Assembly (NCBI GenBank): GCA_049582445.1
Contig: JBAUTZ010000310.1
Location: forward strand, 6,419-70,418
Reading direction: 5' to 3'
Source: Burkholderiales bacterium
Lineage (GTDB): Bacteria; Pseudomonadota; Gammaproteobacteria; Burkholderiales; SG8-39
DNA length: 64,000 bases
In this document: piece by piece, positions 56,833 through 64,000 of the stretch
Numbering within the stretch: position 1 is the stretch's first letter
Layout of the letters: each line of letters begins with the position of its first letter
The notes under the pieces: generated by a model
What the model was told of the DNA's origin: nothing
What the model saw: the letters and a program-made list of their open reading frames with translations, nothing else
Databases searched by the model: none
Program-made: the position numbers and the translations under genes

Positions 56833-57633
56833 TCAACGCGTCGTGGCGGTGAGACCACCGTCGACCACGATCTCGGCGCCGGTGACGTACCTGGCCTCGT
56901 CGGAGGCGAGGTACAGCGCCGCCCATGCCACGTCCCAGGCATCGCCCATGCGTCCCATCGGAGGGCGCGCATGGCGCCGCGCGACGAGCGCCGCGGCGTC
57001 GCCCCCGGCCTGCTGGTGCGCGAGCCGCGCAGCTACCAGCGGCGTGTTCATGAGCCCGGGAATGACGGTGTTCACCCGCACGCCGTGCGGCGCATAGCGA
57101 ACCGCCGCCACGCGCGAGAAGTGCTGCAGCCCCGCTTTCGATGCAGCGTAGGCGGCGAGTTCGTTGCCGAGGTGACGCAGCCCCGCGATCGACGACAGAT
57201 TGACGATCGACCCGCCCCCCTGCTTCACCATCAGCGGCGCCACCATGCGGATCGAAAGGTAGACGTAGTGCAGATTGTGATGAAATTGCGCGTGCCAGTC
57301 CTCGGGCGCGATCTCCTCGGGTCCCCCGGGGATGCTGCCGCCGACGTTGTTCACCAGTACATCGAGGCGCCCGAATCTCTCGACGGTGGCATCGATCACC
57401 CGCCGCAGGTCTTCCTCCTTCGTCACGTCGGCGGCAAGCACCAGCATCGCTTTGCCTTCGGAGGCGACCAGCCGCGCGGTTTCTTCGGCAGCCGCGAGGC
57501 TCACGTCGACCCCCGCCAGCTTCGCCCCCTCTCGTGCGAACAACACGCAGATCGCGCGACCGTTGCCCACGCCCTGGCCCACCGAGCCCGCGCCCAACAC
57601 CAGCGCCACCTTGCCTTTCAGTCTATCTGCCAT
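56833..57633 (-). CDS. Short-chain dehydrogenase/reductase (SDR)
   Basis: The Rossmann motif resembles TGxxxGxG (VLGAGSVGQGVG), NNVG is present, and the catalytic YxxxK is YAASK. Confidence 0.9.
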   Translation of the reverse strand: MADRLKGKVALVLGAGSVGQGVGNGRAICVLFAREGAKLAGVDVSLAAAEETARLVASEGKAMLVLAADVTKEEDLRRVIDATVERFGRLDVLVNNVGGSIPGGPEEIAPEDWHAQFHHNLHYVYLSIRMVAPLMVKQGGGSIVNLSSIAGLRHLGNELAAYAASKAGLQHFSRVAAVRYAPHGVRVNTVIPGLMNTPLVAARLAHQQAGGDAAALVARRHARPPMGRMGDAWDVAWAALYLASDEARYVTGAEIVVDGGLTATTR

Positions 57634-57648
57634 CTAGCCTAAACCCCG

Positions 57649-57996
57649 TTATCTGGATCCACGTTCCCAGTGAAACTTGTGCATGAGGCGATGCATCAGC
57701 GGCGCGAACAGGATGCCCGCGGCGATCAGGAACACCAGGCCCGCGTAGAGCGCGTAGCAGCCGGCGAACAGCTTGCCAGCGTCGGTGCGCGGCGCATCGA
57801 CCGGGCCCATGCCGCCGAGCAGCATCGCCGCATTGAGAAATGCGTCACGCCAGGCGAGACGTTCAAAATGCATGTAGCCCGCCATGCCGATCGCGAGCGA
57901 CCACGCCAGGAGCGCCAGCACAGCGGCGACGTGACGGAATACGCGCCGTGCGAACTGGGGGCCCGGCAGCGGTGGATGCATGCTCGATTCGTACAC
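57649..57996 (-). CDS. Small 2-TM membrane protein with K-channel-like pore topology and a non-canonical filter
   Basis: The layout is TM1, then WRDAFLNAAMLLGGMGP, then TM2. This parallels the KcsA layout W.S.ETATTVGYGD. The call is based on pattern only. Confidence 0.5.
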   Translation of the reverse strand: MYESSMHPPLPGPQFARRVFRHVAAVLALLAWSLAIGMAGYMHFERLAWRDAFLNAAMLLGGMGPVDAPRTDAGKLFAGCYALYAGLVFLIAAGILFAPLMHRLMHKFHWERGSR

Positions 57997-58095
57997 CTCC
58001 CTACTCCTTTAACGCGGATGATACGCGCCCACGCGCCGCCTCATTGCCTAAGGCGATGGCGCTTGGCACAATGCAACTAGGCGCCTCACTTGTCC

Positions 58096-59349
58096 ATGCA
58101 CTTCCTCATCGTCGACGAGTCTCCCGAGCTCCGCACCGCGCTCGGCATCATGCTGTGCACACGCTGGCTGGACGCGGACATCGACCTGTACGATCCCTCC
58201 GAGCGCGACGCACTGCGCGCGTCCCTCGCCAAAGGCGGGATCTCCGCGTTGCTGCTGCAGGCGCCGTTCCCCGGCGAGGACGTGGTGGCGCTGGTCCGCT
58301 CGATCTGCAAAGACCCGAAGGCGCCGCCGGTGCTTCTGCTCACCGACAAAGGCAGCGAAGAACTGGCGGTGCGCGGGATGAAGGCGGGAGCGACGGATTT
58401 CCTGCCGCGGCAGGGCCTCACCGCCCCGCTGTTGGGCCGCCTGGTCGAGGATGCGCTGCAGGAGCATGACGCTCATATGCGGATCGCGGCGGAAACGACG
58501 GTGCACCAGAAGGCCACTACCGTGCCCATGGACACCAACACGCTTCGCGCCGCCGCGCGCGGCGGCGAGCAGCCGGTGGCCGGCTACCGAATTCTCGGCC
58601 AGATCGGCGAAGGTGGCATGTCGCGCGTTTACCTCGCCGAGCGCGAACACGATGGGCTCGAGCTGGTGCTCAAGCTGCTCGACCCCGCGTTGTGGGAGGA
58701 CAAGACCTTCCTGCAGCGCTTCGTGCAGGAGTACAAGATCGTCGCGGGCATGCAGAATGAGTATGTCGCGCGTATCTACGACCAGGGATTCGCGGCCAGG
58801 CACCCGTTCATTGCGATGGAGTACTTCCCGGGCGGACACCTCAGGGCCAAAATGCAGGCCGGAATCTCGCCCGTTGAAGCGGCTCGCATCACCTCGCAGA
58901 TTGCCCGCGCGCTCGATGCAATCCACGGCCACAACATCGTGCACCGTGACCTCAAGCCGCAGAACATCCTGTTCCGCGCGGACGGACGTCCCGCAATCGT
59001 CGATTTCGGATTGGCCAAGGACCTTCTGGCGGACGCCGACCTGACGCGCGAAGGCGTGGTGTTCGCCACGGCGCGATACATGAGCCCGGAGCAGTGCCTG
59101 AGGCTGCCGGTCGACGCGCGTTCTGATCTTTACAGCCTGGGAGCGGTCTTCTACGAGATGCTGACCGGCAAGAAGCTGTACGAGGAGTACTCCGACGCCG
59201 ACCTCATGCGGATGCACGTCTCCGGGCCACTGCCCAAGCTTCCTCCCGCGATCGCCGGCTTCCAGCCCGTGCTCGACCGCTTGCTCGCCAAGAGACCCGA
59301 GCACCGATACCAGAGCGCGCGGGAGCTGTTCGCCGTCATCGCCGTATGA
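58096..59349 (+). CDS. Pseudo-receiver (REC-like) domain fused to a Hanks-type Ser/Thr protein kinase
   Basis: The kinase motifs are [26 protein letters not shown] and SPEQ. The N-terminal REC-like fold has Gln (58258..58260) where the phospho-acceptor Asp is expected, and Arg in place of the conserved Lys. Confidence 0.85.
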   Translation: MHFLIVDESPELRTALGIMLCTRWLDADIDLYDPSERDALRASLAKGGISALLLQAPFPGEDVVALVRSICKDPKAPPVLLLTDKGSEELAVRGMKAGATDFLPRQGLTAPLLGRLVEDALQEHDAHMRIAAETTVHQKATTVPMDTNTLRAAARGGEQPVAGYRILGQIGEGGMSRVYLAEREHDGLELVLKLLDPALWEDKTFLQRFVQEYKIVAGMQNEYVARIYDQGFAARHPFIAMEYFPGGHLRAKMQAGISPVEAARITSQIARALDAIHGHNIVHRDLKPQNILFRADGRPAIVDFGLAKDLLADADLTREGVVFATARYMSPEQCLRLPVDARSDLYSLGAVFYEMLTGKKLYEEYSDADLMRMHVSGPLPKLPPAIAGFQPVLDRLLAKRPEHRYQSARELFAVIAV

Positions 59350-60158
59350 ATTTCAATGCGGGCGAGCAGCAGTATCTCGACCTCCTGGGCGAGTTGCTGG
59401 AGCACGGCGCGAGCAAGACCGATCGCACCGGGACCGGGACCTTGTCGGTATTCGGGCGTCAGATGCGCTTCGACCTCGAACGAGGCTTCCCTCTGCTCAC
59501 CACCAAGAAGCTTCATTTTAAGTCGATCATCTACGAGCTGCTCTGGTTCCTGCGCGGCGACACCAACGTCGGATGGCTGCGAGAACATGGCGTTACCATC
59601 TGGGACGAGTGGGCCGACGCCCAAGGCGAGCTGGGTCCGGTGTACGGTTACCAGTGGCGGCACTGGCGCACCCCGGATGGCCGCGAAATCGACCAGATCG
59701 CGCAGGTGGTTGAATCGATCCGGAACCGTCCCGATTCCCGGCGCCACATCGTAACCGCGTGGAACCCCGCCGACGTCGGCAGGATGGCGCTGCCACCGTG
59801 CCACGCGATGTTCCAGTTCTACGTCGCTCAGGGGCGGCTGTCATGCCAGATGTACCAGCGGAGCGCCGACATGTTTCTCGGCGTGCCGTTCAACATCGCG
59901 TCGTATTCGCTGCTGACGCTGATGATCTCCCAAGTAGCGGACCTCGCGCCTGGCGAATTCGTGCTGACGCTGGGCGACGCGCACCTGTATCTCAACCACC
60001 TAGACCAGGCGCGCGAGCAACTGGCGCGCGCACCCAGGCCGTTCCCGCGCATGCGGCTTGATCCATCGGTGCGCGAACTGTTCGCGTTCGGCTACCAGCA
60101 CTTCGCTCTGGAGGGCTACAACCCTCACCCCGCGATCAAGGCGCCGATCGCGGTCTAA
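59346..60158 (+). CDS. thyA: Thymidylate synthase
   Basis: [12 protein letters not shown] and the catalytic Cys region ALPPCH are present. The junction with the kinase gene is an ATGA overlap. Confidence 0.95.
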   Translation: MNFNAGEQQYLDLLGELLEHGASKTDRTGTGTLSVFGRQMRFDLERGFPLLTTKKLHFKSIIYELLWFLRGDTNVGWLREHGVTIWDEWADAQGELGPVYGYQWRHWRTPDGREIDQIAQVVESIRNRPDSRRHIVTAWNPADVGRMALPPCHAMFQFYVAQGRLSCQMYQRSADMFLGVPFNIASYSLLTLMISQVADLAPGEFVLTLGDAHLYLNHLDQAREQLARAPRPFPRMRLDPSVRELFAFGYQHFALEGYNPHPAIKAPIAV

Positions 60159-60177
60159 GACCAACGAGGAGTCCGCG

Positions 60178-60567
60178 ATGAGCGTCGACAGTCACAAGAA
60201 GTCAGAGTGGGTGTTCAACCTGAAGGACGATGCCCGGGGGATCCAGCGCAAGCTCGGAGAAGGCATCGTCACGCGAATCTTCCCGGGAGAGCAGGCGATG
60301 CTCTCCGTGGTACGCATCGCACCCCACGCAATTGGCACGGTGCACAGCCATCCGCAGGAGCAATGGGGCGTGCTGCTCGAGGGCCGCTGCGTGCGCATAC
60401 AGGGCGGCGAGGAAATTGAAATGCAGGCGGGCGACTTCTGGCACACACCGGGAGGCGTCGAACATGGCATCCGCACCGGCGCTGAGGGCGCCGTGGTGCT
60501 CGATATTTTCAGCCCGCCGCGCGACGAATATCGCAAGACCGGGGAGGGATTCGGCATTGCGCGATGA
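60178..60567 (+). CDS. Cupin-domain protein
   Basis: HSHPQEQWGVLLEG and PGGVEHG are the cupin_2 motifs. GAGGAG RBS. Confidence 0.8.
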   Translation: MSVDSHKKSEWVFNLKDDARGIQRKLGEGIVTRIFPGEQAMLSVVRIAPHAIGTVHSHPQEQWGVLLEGRCVRIQGGEEIEMQAGDFWHTPGGVEHGIRTGAEGAVVLDIFSPPRDEYRKTGEGFGIAR

Positions 60568-60577
60568 GCCCGCGCCG

Positions 60578-61276
60578 ATGAGTGATTCGGAGGACGTCCG
60601 CCTCGCCGTTTTCGACTTCGGCGGCACGCTGATCCACGACACGGCCGACGTTTCGGCGATCTTCAAGGCGGCGCTCGCCCAGCATGGCCTGGAGGTGGAC
60701 GATGGGCGGCTGGTTGCCTTGCGCGGAGCGGCGAAGCGCGAAGCGATCGCCCGGCTCGCCGCCGGATCTGAAGCCGATCCGGAGCGGATCTACGCCACGT
60801 TTCGCGAGCTACTGGTTGCCGCCTTCGCCGGACAGGGGGTGCGCACGATCGACGGCGTGGAGCAGGCGCTCGATCGCCTCAGGAAGCGCGGCCTGCGCCT
60901 GGCCCTCACCACCGGATTTGATCGAGTGGTCACGGAATGGCTGCTCGCGCGACTTCCCTGGGCTACATTGATCCACGCGGTGGTATGCGCCGACGAGGTC
61001 GCCGTCGGGCGGCCGGCGCCCTACATGGTCTTTCGCGCGATGGAAAAAACCCGTGTCGAGGACGTGCGGCAGGTGGCCAACGTCGGCGATACCGACAACG
61101 ACCTGATGGCCGGACAGCGCGCCGGCATCGGGACGAACGTCGGCGTACTGAGCGGCGCGCACGACCGCGCGCGTCTCGAAAAGGTGCCGCATACCGTGTT
61201 GCTCGGGAGCGCCGCCGAGCTGCCGGATTGGCTCGAACGAAATGCGGGCGCCGAAAAAAAGAAGGCCCGCCGTTAG
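60578..61276 (+). CDS. HAD-superfamily hydrolase (subfamily IA, phosphonatase-like)
   Basis: AVFDFGGTL is motif I, TTG is motif II and GDTDNDLMAG is motif IV. An alternative TTG start lies at 60557. Confidence 0.8.
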   Translation: MSDSEDVRLAVFDFGGTLIHDTADVSAIFKAALAQHGLEVDDGRLVALRGAAKREAIARLAAGSEADPERIYATFRELLVAAFAGQGVRTIDGVEQALDRLRKRGLRLALTTGFDRVVTEWLLARLPWATLIHAVVCADEVAVGRPAPYMVFRAMEKTRVEDVRQVANVGDTDNDLMAGQRAGIGTNVGVLSGAHDRARLEKVPHTVLLGSAAELPDWLERNAGAEKKKARR

Positions 61277-61292
61277 GGGGAAGTGGCGGGCC
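61254..61292 (-). terminator. Rho-independent terminator of the 61361..61693 gene, overlapping the 3' end of the convergent HAD gene
   Basis: On the minus strand, GGCCCGCC-N13-GGCGGGCC is followed by TTCTTTTTTT. Confidence 0.6.
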
Positions 61293-61360
61293 CAGGGGAG
61301 ATATTTCAGCAGTGTTCGTGGTCGGCGATCCCTCCAGTCAGTCGATGAATCGGTTCGTTT

Positions 61361-61693
61361 CTAGAACGTGCCGCCGGTGGCCATTCGCACCATGAAGAGG
61401 AGACCTGCCGCGGCGAACGAATAAAGCACCAGGTCGGCGATACGATTCTCCTCTGCAGGCGAGGCCCAATCGCGCGCGAACCAGCCCATGACGCCAATGA
61501 ACAGCACAGAAGCCATCGCCGCAGCTCCGACCGACGCGTCCGAGCCCAGCGCGCGTGCGATCCATCCATCCGGCGCGGCGATCTTGAAGATCGAGCCGCA
61601 CACGCCGAGCACCACCAGCGCAAGCAGCCAGAAACCGCCGAGAGTGCGCAGAAGTAAGCTTGTGTCCTTCAACTGCTTGATGTCTTGCAGCAT
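61361..61693 (-). CDS. Hypothetical small membrane protein (3 predicted TM segments)
   Basis: A strong GGAGGAGG RBS precedes the ATG at 61693. There are three hydrophobic segments and a downstream terminator. I recognise no family. Confidence 0.6.
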   Translation of the reverse strand: MLQDIKQLKDTSLLLRTLGGFWLLALVVLGVCGSIFKIAAPDGWIARALGSDASVGAAAMASVLFIGVMGWFARDWASPAEENRIADLVLYSFAAAGLLFMVRMATGGTF

Positions 61694-61940
61694 GATCCTC
61701 CTCCGGTCGGTGATCGCTCTGACAGTTGCTCACCTTTCTGCAATGACCGTGCCACGAACAAATAGACTTTATTGTTCAGCGAGATGAAGCGACATCGTGA
61801 AAAAATTCGCATGCGCAGAAACGCGTCGAAACGTCTGCCAACGGCGACGAAAGAAGTCACAGTCCGGCGATGTAATTGATGCGTCGGGAGTTTCGCTGTC
61901 GTGCAGGGGCGACAGAAGCGACGCGCGATAACATCGCAGC

Positions 61941-62933
61941 ATGAAGCTCTCCGTTCTCGATCAGTCACCGATCATCGGCAATCTCGGCGCGCGCCGCGCG
62001 CTGGAGGAAACGCTCGCGCTCGCTCAGCGCGCCGATGCGCTCGGCTACGAGCGCTACTGGCTCGCCGAACATCACGCGATCGGCGCCCTGGCCGACCCGT
62101 GTCCCGAAGTGCTGCTGGCGCGCCTTGGGGCCGAGACCCGGCGTATGCGCGTCGGGACCGGCGGTGTGCTGCTGCCGTACTACAGCGCATTCAGGACCGC
62201 TGAGGCCTTCCGCATGCTCGAGGCCCTGTATCCGGGGCGCATCGATCTCGGAATCGGGCGCGCGCCCGGCGGTGACACGCGCACCGCACAGGCCGTCGGC
62301 GGCGGCCAGCCGCCGGATGCGCGCAACTTTCCGGAACAGGTCTGGCAGCTGGTTGGCCATCTCGACGGGACGCTGCCCGATGACCATCCGTTCCGCCACC
62401 TGCGCGTACAACCGGAGGTCGACACGTCCCCGCAGGTGTGGCTGCTCGGATCGTCCGACTACAGCGGCGCACTCGCGGCGCAGCTCGGGCTGCGCTTTGC
62501 CTTCGCGCATTTCATCAATCCGCACGGCGGTGACGAGGTTACCCGCGCCTACCGGCTGCAGTACCGCACCTCGCAGCGGGAACCGCAGCCGCAAGCAATC
62601 GTGTGCACCTTCGCCATCTGCGCCGAATCGGACGAGCGGGCCGAGCAACTCGCCGCGTCGATCGACCTGAGGCGGCTGCACATGGCCCTCAACTTAGACA
62701 CGCCGGTGCCGACCCTCGAGGAGGCGCAGCGCCACGTGTACAGCGACGAGCAGCGCCGATACGTCATGGCGCAGCGCGCCCGCGCGGTCATCGGCAGCCC
62801 CGAAAAATGCCGGCGCGAGATCCAGGCGCTCGCGGAGCGATATGCGGCCGACGAAGTAATGGTGCTGACGATCACGGGCGACTACGCTTCGCGCCTTCGC
62901 TCCTACGAGCTGCTCGCCGAGGAATTGCTCTAG
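61941..62933 (+). CDS. LLM-class flavin-dependent oxidoreductase (luciferase-like monooxygenase, YhbW-like)
   Basis: MKLSVLDQSP...GYERYWLAEHH is the typical N terminus of this family. Confidence 0.85.
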   Translation: MKLSVLDQSPIIGNLGARRALEETLALAQRADALGYERYWLAEHHAIGALADPCPEVLLARLGAETRRMRVGTGGVLLPYYSAFRTAEAFRMLEALYPGRIDLGIGRAPGGDTRTAQAVGGGQPPDARNFPEQVWQLVGHLDGTLPDDHPFRHLRVQPEVDTSPQVWLLGSSDYSGALAAQLGLRFAFAHFINPHGGDEVTRAYRLQYRTSQREPQPQAIVCTFAICAESDERAEQLAASIDLRRLHMALNLDTPVPTLEEAQRHVYSDEQRRYVMAQRARAVIGSPEKCRREIQALAERYAADEVMVLTITGDYASRLRSYELLAEELL

Positions 62934-63652
62934 TGGGTACTTAGCGGGGGTCGGCGCGGATCGTCGATGTCGAGCGTCTCGAAGTTGCTCTTGGGCTCCT
63001 CGGTCACCGGCGCCTCGAGCAACTTGACGATCTCGTCCTGGCCGCGTGCTCTGGCGTAGTCCGCCGCCGTGAGCCCCTTGCGGTTCTTGGCCTGCGGCTG
63101 GTCTGTCACTGGCAGCAGTATCTTGACGACGCCCAGAAAGCCACCGTCAGCCGCGCCGTGCAGGGGCAGGTTGCCATGGATGTCCGCGACGTTCGGGTCC
63201 GCGCCTGCGGCGAGCAGCGCCTGCACGGTAGCCGCATTGCCGCTCAACGCCGCCCAATAGAGCACCGATTCGCCGTCGTCGTTGCGCGCCTTCGGATCCG
63301 CACGCGCAGCGAGCAGCAGCTCGACGAAGCGCGGATCCGATTGCAGCGCCGCGAGATGCAGGGCCGTTTCGCCGTGGTTCGAGCGCGCCTTGACGCTCGC
63401 ATCCGCCTTGAGCAGCACGCGAATCAGCTCCTTCATTCCCTTCTCGACGGCGTGGTGCAGCGGCGTCTCGCCGTTCGCGTCGCGGGCGTTGACGTCGGCT
63501 TTGCCTCGAAGGACGAGTCCCTCGGCATACACTTCCTTGTCCTCGTCGATCGCGGAAAAGAGCGATACGCCGGGCGGCGGGTCGGCCGCCGGCTGCGCCG
63601 CCACCGCAGGAAGCGCCACCAGGAGAACGAGCGCCAGCGCCCAGGCTTGCAT
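62930..63652 (-). CDS. Secreted ankyrin-repeat protein
   Basis: The signal peptide is MQAWALALVLLVALPAVAA. About 5 ANK repeats follow (G.TPLH.A......v..LL..GAD.NA pattern). Confidence 0.85.
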   Translation of the reverse strand: MQAWALALVLLVALPAVAAQPAADPPPGVSLFSAIDEDKEVYAEGLVLRGKADVNARDANGETPLHHAVEKGMKELIRVLLKADASVKARSNHGETALHLAALQSDPRFVELLLAARADPKARNDDGESVLYWAALSGNAATVQALLAAGADPNVADIHGNLPLHGAADGGFLGVVKILLPVTDQPQAKNRKGLTAADYARARGQDEIVKLLEAPVTEEPKSNFETLDIDDPRRPPLSTH

Positions 63653-63662
63653 GGGCTGAATT

Positions 63663-64000
63663 TTACCGGCCGAGGGCGCGCGCCAGCAGCTGCGCCAAGT
63701 GCAGCGTCTCGCGTCCCGAGAGGTCCTCGACCTGCTCGCGGCAGGAGAAGCCATCGGCGACGACGCTCACCCCGGGGCCGGCGGCGCGCAGCGCCGGCAA
63801 CAGGGCCAGCTCGGCGATGCGGCGCGAAGCATCGTAGTGCTGCGGCTTGAAGCCGAAGGAACCCGACATGCCGCAGCAGCCGCTATCGGGCGCCGCCACC
63901 TCCAGCCCCGCCTCGCGCAGGAGGCCCAGCTCGGCCGAGATGCCACCGAGCGACTTCTGGTGGCAATGGCCGTGCAGCAGCGCGCGCCCGCCAATCGCCG
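63663..64000 (-). CDS. C-terminal CCG (cysteine-rich) domain of an FAD/Fe-S oxidoreductase (GlcF/YdiJ-like); the 5' part lies outside the window
   Basis: LLHGHCHQKS...PDSGCCGMSGSFG is the CCG-domain pattern, and the frame stays open to the window edge. Confidence 0.65.
   Translation of the reverse strand, partial: AIGGRALLHGHCHQKSLGGISAELGLLREAGLEVAAPDSGCCGMSGSFGFKPQHYDASRRIAELALLPALRAAGPGVSVVADGFSCREQVEDLSGRETLHLAQLLARALGR

Noticed and set aside
58064-58079. A sigma54-like TGGCAC element upstream of the kinase gene
   Set aside because: The GC dinucleotide follows at the wrong spacing (TGGCAC-aatGCaac), so it does not fit TGGCAC-N5-TTGC.

Overview
A GC-rich (roughly two-thirds G+C by eye) chromosomal segment whose gene order looks betaproteobacterial (icd / cspA / clpS-clpA; coaBC-dut; radC-rpmB-rpmG; glyA-nrdR-ribD-ribE; pmbA / yjgA / mogA). 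It is densely coding, with about 75 supportable CDS, many joined by ATGA/GTGA/TTGA overlaps. I found no tRNA, rRNA, CRISPR array, integrase, transposase or obvious prophage or island boundary, so most of the window is ordinary core genome. The least ordinary stretch is about 37.3-52.3 kb. It holds a form-II (AYRGAGR) CoxS-L-M-type molybdo-flavoenzyme locus with a complete maturation set. A malonyl-CoA decarboxylase sits between the CoxD (MoxR) and CoxE (VWA) genes. An AlaX-type tRNA-editing homologue is translationally coupled to CoxG. The locus is divergent from a minus-strand block of two tandem paralogous OmpR-type response regulators, one TctE-like kinase, XdhC and MocA, and it is bracketed by two class-III nucleotide cyclases (one fused to FHA, one catalytically divergent). 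A second signalling oddity is a pseudo-receiver::Hanks kinase fusion coupled to thyA. Smaller curiosities are: a secreted K/E/S/Q repeat mini-protein built from nested 12- and 18-nt repeats, whose strong terminator lies inside the predicted 5' end of the next gene; a DMT transporter with a 24-His tail; a Tat plus lipobox flavocytochrome c sulfide dehydrogenase; a Cys-rich mini-ORF coupled to livG; and a 115-aa K-channel-like 2-TM protein. Every functional call rests on motif recognition by eye. No database search was run, and start codons are often ambiguous because the ORF track translates GTG/TTG starts as M.
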